Notes under the pieces: model-generated
Told to the model about the DNA's origin: nothing
Seen by the model: the letters and a program-made list of their open reading frames with translations, nothing else
The model's database searches: none
Program-made: the position numbers and the translations under genes
Assembly (NCBI GenBank): GCA_965205505.1
Contig: CBDBHB010000008.1
Coordinates: forward strand, 384,001-448,000
DNA length: 64,000 nucleotides
Direction of reading: 5' to 3'
Source: Acidobacteriota bacterium
Lineage (GTDB): Bacteria > Acidobacteriota > UBA890 > WLXD01
Part shown: positions 12,443 through 23,176 of the stretch, piece by piece
Numbering within the stretch: position 1 is the stretch's first letter
Layout: each line of letters starts with the position of its first letter

Positions 12443-13939
12443 GTGCAAGATACCTGGAATCGGGTGACCGAGATGCTGGGCGGCAATCTGCCAACGCTGC
12501 TGGCCGCGCTTGCCGTGTTGGTGGTGGGGTGGCTGCTGGCGTTCGTGGCGGCTGCCGTCGTGCGCAGTGTCATGAAGCGTACCCAGCTCGACGACCGGCT
12601 GGCGCTGTGGATCGGCGACGACGACACGCTGCCGCACGACGCCTTCGCGCGCTGGATTCCACGCCTTGTCTACTATGTCGTGCTGCTGTTCGTGCTGGTG
12701 GCGTTCCTGCGCACGCTCGGGCTGGCCATCGTCACGGAACCTCTCAACGCACTGCTGAGCGAGATCTTCGAATTTACGCCTCGCATCGCCGGCGCTATCG
12801 CGTTGCTAACAGCGGCCTGGATCATCGGCACCGTGTTGAGGCTGGCCGTTTCGCGCATTCTTCAGGCGTCGAACTTTGAGGGGCGCCTGGGCTCCGCCGC
12901 GGCGCTCGACAGCTCTCGTCAGATGTCGATCGCCAGGACCCTGGGCGACTCGATCTACTGGCTCATCTTCCTGTTGTTCTTGCCGGCAGTTCTCGACACC
13001 TTGAACCTGCAGGGGCTCCTCGCACCGGTGCAAACGATGATGGATCGGGTTCTGGGATTCCTGCCGAACCTGTTTGCCGCAGCGTTGATTGCCGGCGTTG
13101 GGTGGTTCGTCGCCCGCATCCTGCAGCAGATCGTCTCGAACCTCCTCGCCGCTCTCGGCGTCGATCAACTGGGCGAGAACCTCGGCCTCGGAACACTACT
13201 TGGTCAGCAACGACTGTCGAGCGTCGTCGGGTTGATCGTTTACATCCTCATCCTGATTCCGGTGTTTCTGGCCGGGCTCGATGCGCTACAGCTGCGAGCC
13301 ATCACGCAGCCCGCCAGCAATATGCTGGATGCCATCCTGCAGGCGATCCCGCTGGTGTTCGCCGCCGGCTTGCTGCTGTTCATCGCCTACATCGTGGGTC
13401 GAGTCGTCGCCGGGTTGATCGCCAACCTGCTCGCCGGCGTCGGCTTCAACCATCTGCTCGCCCAGCTGGGCGTCGGACCTAGCGTCGAGGAAGGCGAGCG
13501 TAGCGCGTCGGAGATCGCCGGCTACCTCGTGCAGGTATCGATCGTGCTCTTCGCCTCGGTTGAGGCGTCTCGGTTGCTCGGTTTCGATGTGCTTGCCAAC
13601 CTCGTGGCGCAGTTCCTGGTCTTCGCCAGCCAGGTAGCTCTCGGGTTGGTAATCTTCGCCGTCGGGCTGTACCTGGCGAATCTGGCCGCACGAGTGATCC
13701 ATTCGAGCGACGCGGCGCAGGCAAACCTACTGGCGTTGGCAGCTCGGGTCTCCATCCTCACGCTGGCCGGCGCCATGGCAATGAGCCAGATGGGACTCGC
13801 CAGCGACATCATCAACCTCGCGTTCGGCATCATCCTCGGCGCCATCGCGCTGTCTATGGCGCTCGCCTTCGGCATCGGCGGTCGCGAGGTGGCGGCTCGC
13901 CAGCTCGAGGAATGGAAACGCCATTGGGACGATCGCTGA
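12443..13939 (+). CDS. TM-helix repeat / CmpX-like mechanosensitive channel protein
   Basis: Repeated LPNLFAAALI..VGW units; C-terminal ALAFGIGGRE. Confidence 0.8.
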   Translation: MQDTWNRVTEMLGGNLPTLLAALAVLVVGWLLAFVAAAVVRSVMKRTQLDDRLALWIGDDDTLPHDAFARWIPRLVYYVVLLFVLVAFLRTLGLAIVTEPLNALLSEIFEFTPRIAGAIALLTAAWIIGTVLRLAVSRILQASNFEGRLGSAAALDSSRQMSIARTLGDSIYWLIFLLFLPAVLDTLNLQGLLAPVQTMMDRVLGFLPNLFAAALIAGVGWFVARILQQIVSNLLAALGVDQLGENLGLGTLLGQQRLSSVVGLIVYILILIPVFLAGLDALQLRAITQPASNMLDAILQAIPLVFAAGLLLFIAYIVGRVVAGLIANLLAGVGFNHLLAQLGVGPSVEEGERSASEIAGYLVQVSIVLFASVEASRLLGFDVLANLVAQFLVFASQVALGLVIFAVGLYLANLAARVIHSSDAAQANLLALAARVSILTLAGAMAMSQMGLASDIINLAFGIILGAIALSMALAFGIGGREVAARQLEEWKRHWDDR

Positions 13940-15270
13940 GATCGACGCTCGCCTGGCTGCTCGCCGCAGGCGTGGTAGCGAGCACGGCCTGTGGCCGCGC
14001 CCGTCCGCAGGTCGTTCCCGGCGAGAACCCGGGGATCGCCACGGCTCCCAGGGGGCTGGCGGAGTCGCTAGGGGCGGCGTTCGATGCCTATCGCTCGCCT
14101 GGCCTGGAACAACGGCAATTCGATCCGGCGCACTACTGGCGGACGCTGCTTGCCGTCGTCGATGGCGCGCCGGATCGATTTGACGTCGCACCGATCGGCA
14201 CTAGCGTCGAGGGCCGACCGCTGCGCCGCATCGACTTCGGACGCGGCGACACCACGGTAATGCTGTGGTCACAGATGCACGGCAACGAGTCGACCGCGTC
14301 GCGGGCCCTGATCGACGTGCTGCGCTTCCTGCTCGACAACCGCCGGCATCCAATGGTGCGCCGCATCGAGAGGCAGCTCGCCGTGACAATCGTACCCGTG
14401 GTCAACCCTGACGGAGCGGCGCGCTTCGTTCGCCAAAACGCTCTCGGGATCGACCTGAACCGCGATGCCCGCCGGCTGGCCACGCCGGAGGCGCGGGCGC
14501 TCAAGGCGGTGCGCGACGACATCGACGCCGACTGGGGCTTCAACCTGCACGACCAGAACGTACGCACGCGGCTCGGCAACACCGGCCGCGATGTGCGCAT
14601 TGCCCTTCTGGCACCACCTCCGGGGCCCGGTGAGGTCACCGACGTGAACCGCGCCGCGCGACGCATGTGTTCCCTCCTGGCCAGCGCTCTCGAGCCGATC
14701 GTCGACGATCAGGTGGCACGCTACGACGAGGGGTTCAATCCGCGCGCCTTCGGCGATTCGATGGCGCGCTGGGGAACGTCCGTCGTGTTGATCGAGTCCG
14801 GTGGCGAGCTTGGTGACCCACACAAGGAGACGCTGCGCCGCGCCAACTACGTGGCTCTGCTGGTCGCCCTCGACGCGATTGCCAGCGGCAGCTGGGCCGA
14901 CGTCCCCCCGCAGCGCTATCTCGATCTGCCGCTCAACACCGCGTGGGTCTACGACCTGATCGTTCGCGGTGGGTCGATCGTGCTACCGGGGCGTGAGCCG
15001 GTGATGGCCGACTTCGCGATCAACTATGCCGACACGCTGTCCAAGACCGGCGGCGCGATAGTCGAGGTGGGCGACCTCGAGGAGGCCAACGCGCTCGAAA
15101 CCATCGATGCCACGGGGCTCTTTTTCTTGCCCGCCGCGGCCAGCCTTTCTCAGGAAGGCGGGCCGCACCTGCGTATCGGCGACCCCGCCGATGGGCTGCT
15201 CGCACGCGACGTGCGGGGCACCGAAGTCGAGTGGCGCTTCGGCAATGAGCTCGCGACTCAACAGCGCTAG
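13912..15270 (+). CDS. M14 family zinc carboxypeptidase (probable lipoprotein)
   Basis: WSQMHGNES, NPDG, DLNRD, FNLHDQ, IESGG motifs; lipobox-like STAC. Confidence 0.85.
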   Translation: METPLGRSLRSTLAWLLAAGVVASTACGRARPQVVPGENPGIATAPRGLAESLGAAFDAYRSPGLEQRQFDPAHYWRTLLAVVDGAPDRFDVAPIGTSVEGRPLRRIDFGRGDTTVMLWSQMHGNESTASRALIDVLRFLLDNRRHPMVRRIERQLAVTIVPVVNPDGAARFVRQNALGIDLNRDARRLATPEARALKAVRDDIDADWGFNLHDQNVRTRLGNTGRDVRIALLAPPPGPGEVTDVNRAARRMCSLLASALEPIVDDQVARYDEGFNPRAFGDSMARWGTSVVLIESGGELGDPHKETLRRANYVALLVALDAIASGSWADVPPQRYLDLPLNTAWVYDLIVRGGSIVLPGREPVMADFAINYADTLSKTGGAIVEVGDLEEANALETIDATGLFFLPAAASLSQEGGPHLRIGDPADGLLARDVRGTEVEWRFGNELATQQR

Positions 15271-15280
15271 CGTGCCGGGG

Positions 15281-16681
15281 TCAGTCTAGCTGGAAGCCGT
15301 CTCCGAGCTCCGGCACCACCACGTCCGCGCTGTGCTCGTCGCGCAAAGCACGCCCGAGCGCCGCCGCGGCCTTGGCTTCGCCGTGTACGACAAAGGTACG
15401 CTTCGGCACTGCGCCGAGGCTACTGAACCAATCGAGCAGGCCGGAGCGGTCAGCGTGCGCCGAAAAGCCCCGAATGCTCTCGATGCGCGCCCGAACCGGG
15501 TACCAGTCGCCAAAGATCCGCACCGGATCGATCCCCGACTGAATGACGTGCCCGAGCGTCCCACGTGCCTGGTAGCCGACGAACAGCACGGTAGATCGCG
15601 GGTCCGAGATGTTGTGCTTCAGGTGGTGCTTGACGCGTCCGGCAGTGCACATGCCCGATGCCGAGATGATGACCGCCGGATACCGGCTTTCGTTGATCGC
15701 CTTGGATTCGTCGACGCTGGTTACCAGCCTGAGGCCCTCAAACTGGAGCGGCTTGTCGCCCGAGCAATACAGGCGGCGTGCCTCCTTGGAGTAGGCCTCG
15801 GGGAATCGTGTAAACACGTGGGTCGCCTCGACCGCCATCGGCGAATCGACGAACACCGGTATCCCCTGCAGCCGACCGGACTCGACCAGATCGTTGAGCC
15901 GCGCCAGGATCTCCTGCGTCCGCCCGACCGCGAACGACGGCACCACGACCTTTCCTCCCTTGCTCGCGGTGCGACTGACGATGTCGTAGAGCAACTCGGT
16001 GGGATCCTCCGCGGCGTCACGATCGCGATCGCCATAGGTCGACTCGAGGATCATCACCTCCGCCGCCTCGACCGGCGCCGGCCGCGACAGCAAGCGCGCG
16101 CCGTCGACACCGAGATCACCGGAAAACGTCAAGTGGCGGCAATCGTCCCCGTCATCGATCTCGAGCTCCACGATGCTGGCACCGAGGATGTGCCCAGCCA
16201 TCGCGAACCGCACCCGCCCGATGCCATCCAGATGCTTCCAACGATCGAACTCAGTCTCGACGAACAGGCGGAGGGCCGCCGCCGCATCGTCGGCGGTGTA
16301 CAGCGGGGTGATGCCCGAGGCGTCCTTGCCGCGCTTCTTTAGCCGCTTGATCGTCCAGCGCGCGTCTTCCTCGTGAATATGTGCCGAGTCGGCGAGAAGA
16401 ATCTTGGCGAGCGCCACGCTGGCAGCGGTAGCGTAGATCGGACCCGTGAAACCATCGCGCACCAGCAGTGGCAGGCGGCCGCAATGATCGATATGGGCGT
16501 GCGATAGCAGCACCACATCGATCGAGGCCGGGTCGAACGGGAACGGTGCGCGGTTGCGCTCGTGCCGCTCCTTGCCACCCTGAATCATGCCGCAATCCAT
16601 CAGCACGCGGCCGGCGGTGGTCTCGATCAGATGGCAAGAGCCGGTAACTTCACGCGCCGCGCCGTGGAAGGAGATACGCAT
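15281..16681 (-). CDS. MBL-fold beta-CASP ribonuclease (Ysh1/TTHA0252-like)
   Basis: GAAREVTGS, SHAHIDHCG, AGHILG, ESTYG, FSAHAD, VHGE motifs. Confidence 0.9.
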   Translation of the reverse strand: MRISFHGAAREVTGSCHLIETTAGRVLMDCGMIQGGKERHERNRAPFPFDPASIDVVLLSHAHIDHCGRLPLLVRDGFTGPIYATAASVALAKILLADSAHIHEEDARWTIKRLKKRGKDASGITPLYTADDAAAALRLFVETEFDRWKHLDGIGRVRFAMAGHILGASIVELEIDDGDDCRHLTFSGDLGVDGARLLSRPAPVEAAEVMILESTYGDRDRDAAEDPTELLYDIVSRTASKGGKVVVPSFAVGRTQEILARLNDLVESGRLQGIPVFVDSPMAVEATHVFTRFPEAYSKEARRLYCSGDKPLQFEGLRLVTSVDESKAINESRYPAVIISASGMCTAGRVKHHLKHNISDPRSTVLFVGYQARGTLGHVIQSGIDPVRIFGDWYPVRARIESIRGFSAHADRSGLLDWFSSLGAVPKRTFVVHGEAKAAAALGRALRDEHSADVVVPELGDGFQLD

Positions 16682-16761
16682 CAACGCCTCAACACACGAC
16701 GACCGCACCCACTGCTACGCGGCAGCGGATGCGGTCTCGAAGATCGGTAGGGAACGCCGGC

Positions 16762-16965
16762 TCAGTCAACCCCGAAGGCGATCTTGACGGTCGTCTTGTA
16801 GCTGACGATCTCGCCTCCCTCGACCTTGGCGGTCATGTGCTCGACCTCGACACCGGTGATGTTGTTGACAGTCTTGGACGCCGTGCGCACCGCATTTTCC
16901 GCCGCCTCGTCCCAGCTCTTGGGGGACGAGCCCACGATCTCGATAATCTTGGCAATATCTGCCAT
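16762..16965 (-). CDS. Dodecin family flavin-binding protein
   Basis: KIIEIVGSSPKSWDEAAENAV...YKTTVKIAF; GGAGG RBS. Confidence 0.9.
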   Translation of the reverse strand: MADIAKIIEIVGSSPKSWDEAAENAVRTASKTVNNITGVEVEHMTAKVEGGEIVSYKTTVKIAFGVD

Positions 16966-17099
16966 TGCTGCCTCCTGAAGGTGGGCTCCGAAAAGCCAGG
17001 CCACGCCGCAACGCCGGGGCGCGGGCGCGCATCATAACATAGGGGTTTCGACCCCAAAGTGGCCCATCCTCGACCCCGCAACGACGCTCACGGAGCCCG

Positions 17100-18464
17100 A
17101 TGAAACACGCGCTCATGGCCCTCGAACGCATGGGGCTGTCGACGGATCTTTACGAGCTGACGATGGCGCAAGCGTTCCTCGAGGCCGACCTCGTCGAGCG
17201 CCAGGCCACCTTCGATCTGAGTGTGCGCGCGCTGCCGAGCGAGCGCGGCTACCTGATCGCTGCCGGGCTCGAACAGGCGCTGGCCTACATACGCGACCTT
17301 CGGTTCCGGCCCGAGGCGCTCGCCTATCTCGAGGGCTCGGGGCACTTTCAACAGAAATTCGTCGACTACCTGGCGTCGATGCGCTTCACGGGCTCGGTCG
17401 ATGCCATACTCGAGGGGACTGTCTACTTCCCACCCGGTCCCTTGCTTCGCATCACCGCACCGATCATCGAGGCGCAGATCCTCGAGACCTACCTGCTGAC
17501 CACGCTGACGTTTCAATCCGTGGTCGCCTCGAAAGCCTCGCGCGTCGTCGGTGCCGCCGACGGTCGCGCCGTCATCGACTTTTCACCGCGGCGCGACCAC
17601 GGACCCCAGGCCGGGCTGCTGGCAGCGCGAGCGTCGTACATCGGAGGCTGTATCGGCACCTCGAACGTGCTCGCCAACGATCACTTCGGGATCCCGATCT
17701 TCGGCACCATGGCGCATTCGTTCGTGATGTTTCACCGCGACGAGGAAGAGGCGTTCCGGGTGTTCTCGCGCTCGTATCCAAACGATCCCACCTTACTCAT
17801 CGATACGTTCGACACGCTCGAAGGCGCACGAATAGCGGTAAAGCTGCTGCCGGAGCTGGCGGCACGAGGTCAGCGTCTTGCCGCCGTTCGACTGGACTCC
17901 GGCGACCTGCTCGAGCTTTCCATGCAGGTGCGCGAGATCCTCGACGCTGGCGGCGCCGCCGACACGCAGATCTTCGCCAGCGGCGACCTCGACGAGCACA
18001 AGATCGCCCGCCTGGTGGCCGACGGCGCCCGCATCGACGGCTTCGGAGTGGGCACTCAGCTCGGCACCAGCGGCGACGCCCCGACCCTCTCGAGTACCTA
18101 CAAGCTGGTGGCCTGCGAGGGCGACGGGGGCAGCGAAGTTCCGGTGATCAAGCTCAGCGCCGCCAAAGTATCGCTGCCCGGCCGCAAGCAGATATGGCGC
18201 CGGCACGACGATGACGGCGGGTTCATTGGCGACACCGTGGGGATGGAGGACGAGGATCTGCCAGGCAGTCCACTGCTGGTGCCGTACATGGCCAACGGCC
18301 GGCTGTTGCGGCGCGCGCCGGCGCTCGAGGAAATCCGCGCCCGAGCTACCGATCAAGTTGCCAGGCTGCCCGTCGGAGCTCGCAAGCTACGCGATCCGGA
18401 AGCCTATCCGGTAGAGATCTCTGACGGCCTGGCGGCTCTGATGGAGCAACTCCAGCGACGCTGA
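17100..18464 (+). CDS. pncB: Nicotinate phosphoribosyltransferase
   Basis: TDLYELTM, GTMAHS, LIDTFD, VRLDSGD, FGVGT, YKLV motifs. Confidence 0.92.
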   Translation: MKHALMALERMGLSTDLYELTMAQAFLEADLVERQATFDLSVRALPSERGYLIAAGLEQALAYIRDLRFRPEALAYLEGSGHFQQKFVDYLASMRFTGSVDAILEGTVYFPPGPLLRITAPIIEAQILETYLLTTLTFQSVVASKASRVVGAADGRAVIDFSPRRDHGPQAGLLAARASYIGGCIGTSNVLANDHFGIPIFGTMAHSFVMFHRDEEEAFRVFSRSYPNDPTLLIDTFDTLEGARIAVKLLPELAARGQRLAAVRLDSGDLLELSMQVREILDAGGAADTQIFASGDLDEHKIARLVADGARIDGFGVGTQLGTSGDAPTLSSTYKLVACEGDGGSEVPVIKLSAAKVSLPGRKQIWRRHDDDGGFIGDTVGMEDEDLPGSPLLVPYMANGRLLRRAPALEEIRARATDQVARLPVGARKLRDPEAYPVEISDGLAALMEQLQRR

Positions 18465-18647
18465 GAACAATCGCCGCTCACGGCCGTGCACGGAACGTGG
18501 GCGACCCGGCACCAGCCCTTGCAGGCGATTTGTGGGGCCGTCGAGTAGACAGTACGATGGGCTTCGATGGGTGGAGACGCCGCTCAACCTGTGGGGGCGG
18601 GGCGTTATCGATCCGTCGAGGCCGCCGCGCGTGCACGGATGTGAGCA

Positions 18648-19802
18648 ATGACCGAGACGAAGGTCGAGAGCGAACCGAAGAAAGTCGCCGGACTTGCCGG
18701 CATCATCGCTGGCAAGTCGTCGGTCGGGTTCATCGACGGCAAGGTCGGAGACCTCCGTTACTTCGGTTACGACATTCACGAGCTCGCCGAGCACTCAACG
18801 TTCGAGGAAACCGTTTACCTGCTGTGGCACGGCGATCTGCCGTCGCGCGCCGACCTCGCCGACTTCACGACGTCACTTGCCGCTCAGCGCCCGGTGCACC
18901 CGGCCGTCCTCGACTTCATTGCCGCCGCACCCCCCGACGCCACGCCGATGGGTCTGCTGCGAACTGCCGTCTCGGCACTCGGGCACTACGACCCCGACGC
19001 CGAGGACATGTCCGTTGCCGCCAACAAGCGCAAGGCGGGACGGCTCACGGCGCAGCTCGCCACGTTGGTGGCGGCGATTCACCGTGGACGACTGGGCCTC
19101 GAGACGGTGGCGCCGGACCCGGCACTCGGCCACGCCGCCAACTTCCTCTACATGCTGAACGGCGAGCGCGCCGACCCCACCACGACACGCGCCTTGGACG
19201 TCGCGTTGGTGTTGCACGCCGACCACGGCTTCAACGCCTCGACGTTCTCCGCCAAGGTTACGGCGGCGACACTCTCGGACATGCACTCGGCCGTGACCTC
19301 GGCGGTCGGCACCCTGAAGGGCCCCCTGCACGGCGGTGCCAACCAACGCGTGCGCGCCATGCTTGACGATATCGGCACAGTGGAGCGAGTCGAGGAGTGG
19401 GTCGATGCCGAGCTCGAAGCCAAGCGCAAAATCATGGGATTCGGCCACCGCGTGTACAAGGTGGAGGATCCGCGAGCCCGCCATTTGCGCGAGCACGCGC
19501 GGGCGCTCCAGGGCGCCGCGGACGGCAGCCACACGGACCTGGTGGGAATCTCACAGCGAGTGATAGAGGTCGTGGCCGAGCGCAAGGGCCTTGCAGTCAA
19601 CGTCGATTTCTGGTCGGCCAGCCTGTACTCGTACCTCGGGGTTCCCCCCGACCTGTTCCCGATGATCTTCGCGCTCTCGCGCATCTCCGGCTGGACGACG
19701 CATGTGATGGAGCAATACGCCGACAACAAGTTGATTCGTCCGCGCGCCGAGTACATCGGGCCTGCACATCGCGCCTACGTCCTGGTCGCTGACCGGGGTT
19801 AG
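18648..19802 (+). CDS. gltA: Citrate synthase (or 2-methylcitrate synthase)
   Basis: HADHGFNAST, GPLHGGAN, MGFGHRVYK, NVDF, LIRPRAEY motifs. Confidence 0.9.
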   Translation: MTETKVESEPKKVAGLAGIIAGKSSVGFIDGKVGDLRYFGYDIHELAEHSTFEETVYLLWHGDLPSRADLADFTTSLAAQRPVHPAVLDFIAAAPPDATPMGLLRTAVSALGHYDPDAEDMSVAANKRKAGRLTAQLATLVAAIHRGRLGLETVAPDPALGHAANFLYMLNGERADPTTTRALDVALVLHADHGFNASTFSAKVTAATLSDMHSAVTSAVGTLKGPLHGGANQRVRAMLDDIGTVERVEEWVDAELEAKRKIMGFGHRVYKVEDPRARHLREHARALQGAADGSHTDLVGISQRVIEVVAERKGLAVNVDFWSASLYSYLGVPPDLFPMIFALSRISGWTTHVMEQYADNKLIRPRAEYIGPAHRAYVLVADRG

Positions 19803-19871
19803 TGTCCTGTTACAGGCCACTTCTATGAGAAGGCCTAGTTCGGTCAAGGGCAATGTGGTGCCCAGCGAAGA

Positions 19872-20034
19872 ATCGATCTGCACGCCATGCTCCTATTCGC
19901 ACTCTGGTGGACGAGGATTCAGGTCGTCCGGTGCATTCTGGGGTCCGTCCCGATTCGAGGCGCTGCAATCTAGCTGCCGAGCTCGAAGCTCGTAGTGACC
20001 TTCGCAGTCGCCCGGACCGGGCGGTCAGATCGAT
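19872..20034 (-). ncRNA. Bridge RNA / seekRNA of the IS110 element
   Basis: Closing stem AUCGAUCUG/CAGAUCGAU; internal loop strands AGGUCACU and AGCUAGA match the two halves of the insertion target. Confidence 0.7.
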
Positions 20035-20081
20035 AACCGTTGGGTCGCGTCGCCCTACCGACCTCCTGGTTGCGGGTTAGT

Positions 20082-21127
20082 TCATGCTGCTGAAACCTCT
20101 ACAGGTGCGCGCAACGGTTCGTACTCGTCTCCACTCAGCCACAGTCGGTGCAGCACAACGGCGAGCTTACGGGCGACAGCAACTGCTGCCTTTTTGTTGC
20201 CATGAGGACCACCGCGTCCGGCCAGCTTGAGCCCCCAGCGTCTGAGCTCAGTATCGGGCCCGAAGGGGCCCAGGATGTAATGCGCCGAGCCCACCAACAG
20301 GCGTCGGAGCATTTTGTCGCCCGCCTTGGTTATTCGTAGCGCAGGGTCCTTGTCCCCCGACTGCCGTTTCTTCGGTCTCAGTCCCAGGTACGGGCCCACG
20401 GCTCTGGAGGTATTGAACCGCTCCGGCTCCTCGAGCGTCAGCACATACGCCAGTGCGGTCAGAGCTCCGACCCCGGCCACTTGCTGGAGCTGCTGTGTCT
20501 CCGGGTATCGCCCCTGGCACAGCTGCACGATCTGACGCTCGTATTGCTGGATGTTGCCCGTCAGCATGGCGATCGTTTCAAGCACCGGCTCGAGCGCTCC
20601 CTTGAGCCGCTCCGGTATGTGCTCTGGCGCGGTGCGCGCGAACGCCGGCGTCGAGCACCTGGGAATACGACAACCGGCCGACTTGACCGCACCACGCACA
20701 TGGCTCACCAACTGCGTGGGCTCTTTACCAGAGCATCTCGGCTCCGAATCACGGCTAGATCCGCTCGCGCTTGTCTGCCTCGATGCTGCACCGTCTTAAG
20801 CAGCTTTGGGTCCATTCTGCCCACTCGTGCCAGGTGCTCGGCATCCAACCGGTCGGTCTTGTCGTGCTCGCCATAGATCAGCTTCAGCCGCCTCGGGTTA
20901 GCCACCAGCACCTCATGACCCAGTTGCTTCAACTGCTCACTCATCCACGGCGAGTGCGTTCCAACCTCCAGCACTACTCGAGCGGGCTCCTCGCACCCGA
21001 ACCGCCTCGCCAGCCCCTCCGGGCTCGTCCTCACCCGCCCTTCCTCCATCACCCTGCCCTTACTGTCGAGCACGCACATACGGCTGTACCGGTCGCTTAC
21101 GTCCAGTCCAATCGTTACACTCCTCAT
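20082..21127 (-). pseudogene. IS110 DEDD recombinase, split by a 1-bp deletion near 20718
   Basis: IGLDVS, VLEVG, KTDRLDA in the 5' ORF; GVGALTA, YLGLRP..RQSG..ITKAG, AVARKLA in the 3' ORF; adding one G restores LVKSRTQLVSHVRG. Confidence 0.85.
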
Positions 21128-21494
21128 CGGCCAACCTCCTTGGGCTTCGAGCCCGTTACGTTTGAAGAAACGTTTGCAGAGCCGTCAGGCTACTGCGTTC
21201 AGGAGGTTGGCCTTCTCATCTCATCTAGCTTGAGCGAGCGGTGCCGAAACACCCTCGTATTGCGGCCACAGTGACCCTGTCTCGCCGCAGTTGCCGATCC
21301 CAGAACGTTGAAGTCCCGTCGGAACGGGGCACTCATGGTCGATCGGTGCGGTTCGCGCTAAGCTTACATATGGAGGGGGCGCTGTTGGGCTCGTCTATTC
21401 ACGAAGCTGTCCCGTCTAAAACACCAGAAACCGGGGTCACGTACCCCGCACCGAACCACGCAACCATGAATCTCGGTCGAGGAGAACAGCGCAA

Positions 21495-23123
21495 ATGAGC
21501 ATCTGGAACAGGACCGGCCTGGCCACCACCGCCACGTTAATCGGCGTGGGGCTGCTCTTGGGGTTGTCGGTGGCTGGGGTTGCGCCCGCCGTCGGCACCG
21601 TGACCCAGCAAACGCAAAACGCCGTGGTCAGCGACGCCCGCATGCCGGACATGGTGCCGCAGGGGCTGTTCGTCGACGTGGCCGATGAGACCAGCCGCGC
21701 GGTGGTGTTCATCGAGGCCGAGCGTCCGCAGCGGCAACAAGCCCGGGGCAGCCGCTTCAACGACTTCTTCGACAACTTCTTCGGCCGTGATCGCGAGAGC
21801 GATGAAGAAGAGCCCGAGCAAGACGAGTTCCAGTTCGAGGATCGTGCCCGGAGCCAGGGCTCCGGTGTGCTCGTCACCGCGGACGGCTACATCCTCACCA
21901 ACGCGCACGTCGTGGCGGTGCTCAACACCGACACCGCAGCGACCGACCTGGCCAGCTCGGTGCGGGTCACTCTGGCCGACGATCAGATCTTCGAGGCATC
22001 GATCATCGGCGCCGACCTGGGCACCGACATCGCGTTGCTCAAGATCGACGCACGGCGTCTTCCCTTCGTCCCGCTCGGCGACTCTGACCTGGTGCGAGTG
22101 GGCGAATGGGTGATGGCTATCGGTGCCCCGTTCGGCCTGCAGAACACCGTCTCCGCCGGCATCGTTTCGGCGCTCGGCCGCGCCAACCTCGGCGGCATGG
22201 CTCAAACGGCGTATCAGAACTTCGTGCAGACCGACGCGGCGATCAACCCCGGCAACTCCGGCGGACCGTTGGTCAACCTGCGCGGCGAGGTGGTGGGGAT
22301 CAACACCGCGATCGCCACCGGCGGTGGCTTCAACCCGACCTTCAGCGGCGTGGGCTTCGCGGTCCCTGCCAACCTGGCTGGCCGGGTGATGGACCAGCTG
22401 CTCGCGCACGGTCACATTATCCGCGGCTACCTGGGCGTAACCGTACAGCAGCTATCGCGTGACCTGATCGAAGGCTATGAGCTTGATCCGATGGTGCGCG
22501 GCGCCATCATCAATACGGTCACTCCCGATGGTCCGGCGCTCGAGGCGGGCGTGGAGCCGGGCGACATCGTTGTGGGCACCGATGGCGTTCCGTTGGAGAG
22601 CCAACCGGACTTCCTGCAGCGCGTCGCCAACAAGGCGCCGGGCGAGCAGATCGTGCTCAACGTGTTGCGCAACGACGAGGACGGCTACGCCGAGGTCGAC
22701 GTCCCCGTGGTGCTCACCGAGCGTCCCGACGAGGCCGAGATTCTGGTCGGCCGGTTGAACGGTGGGCGCGGCGGCAACGATCGCGACGAACGCGACTCGC
22801 CAGACGACCGCGGATCGATGAGTGGCCGCCGGCTGGGTCTACGGGTGATCGAGCTCACCGGTCGACTGACCCGCCAGCTAGACATTCCCTCCGAGGTCGA
22901 GGGCGTTGTGGTGACCGGGGTGGCCCCGAACAGCCCGGCAGCCCGAGCAGGTCTTGATCAGGGCGATGTGATCCGGCGCGTCGGCCGTGTCAGCATCACC
23001 AGCATCGATGAGTTCGACGACGCGATCTCGGCATACGATGACGGCGACGCCGTGTCGATCTACTTCTACGACAGCAGCAGCGGCAGCAGTATCTTCGCGG
23101 CGCTGCGCATGCCACGCGAGTAG
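21495..23123 (+). CDS. Do/DegP/DegQ family serine endoprotease with two PDZ domains
   Basis: GSGV, TNAHVV, DIALLK, QTDAAINPGNSGG. Confidence 0.92.
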   Translation: MSIWNRTGLATTATLIGVGLLLGLSVAGVAPAVGTVTQQTQNAVVSDARMPDMVPQGLFVDVADETSRAVVFIEAERPQRQQARGSRFNDFFDNFFGRDRESDEEEPEQDEFQFEDRARSQGSGVLVTADGYILTNAHVVAVLNTDTAATDLASSVRVTLADDQIFEASIIGADLGTDIALLKIDARRLPFVPLGDSDLVRVGEWVMAIGAPFGLQNTVSAGIVSALGRANLGGMAQTAYQNFVQTDAAINPGNSGGPLVNLRGEVVGINTAIATGGGFNPTFSGVGFAVPANLAGRVMDQLLAHGHIIRGYLGVTVQQLSRDLIEGYELDPMVRGAIINTVTPDGPALEAGVEPGDIVVGTDGVPLESQPDFLQRVANKAPGEQIVLNVLRNDEDGYAEVDVPVVLTERPDEAEILVGRLNGGRGGNDRDERDSPDDRGSMSGRRLGLRVIELTGRLTRQLDIPSEVEGVVVTGVAPNSPAARAGLDQGDVIRRVGRVSITSIDEFDDAISAYDDGDAVSIYFYDSSSGSSIFAALRMPRE

Positions 23124-23142
23124 CGACTCAAGACCGATAGTC

Positions 23143-23176
23143 GTCGGGCCACCAGGCACGCGCCTGGTGGCCCGAC
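23143..23176 (+). terminator. Perfect 15-bp stem hairpin after the protease gene
   Basis: GTCGGGCCACCAGGC-ACGC-GCCTGGTGGCCCGAC; only a weak U tract. Confidence 0.5.

Larger units (their letters stand above)
19822..21226 (-). mobile_element. IS110 family (IS1111-type) insertion sequence, ~1.4 kb
   Basis: Sub-terminal inverted repeats ATGAGAAGGCC (19825-19835) / GGCCTTCTCAT (21209-21219); TCTA core at both ends; DEDD recombinase gene; long non-coding end 3' of the gene. Confidence 0.9.
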
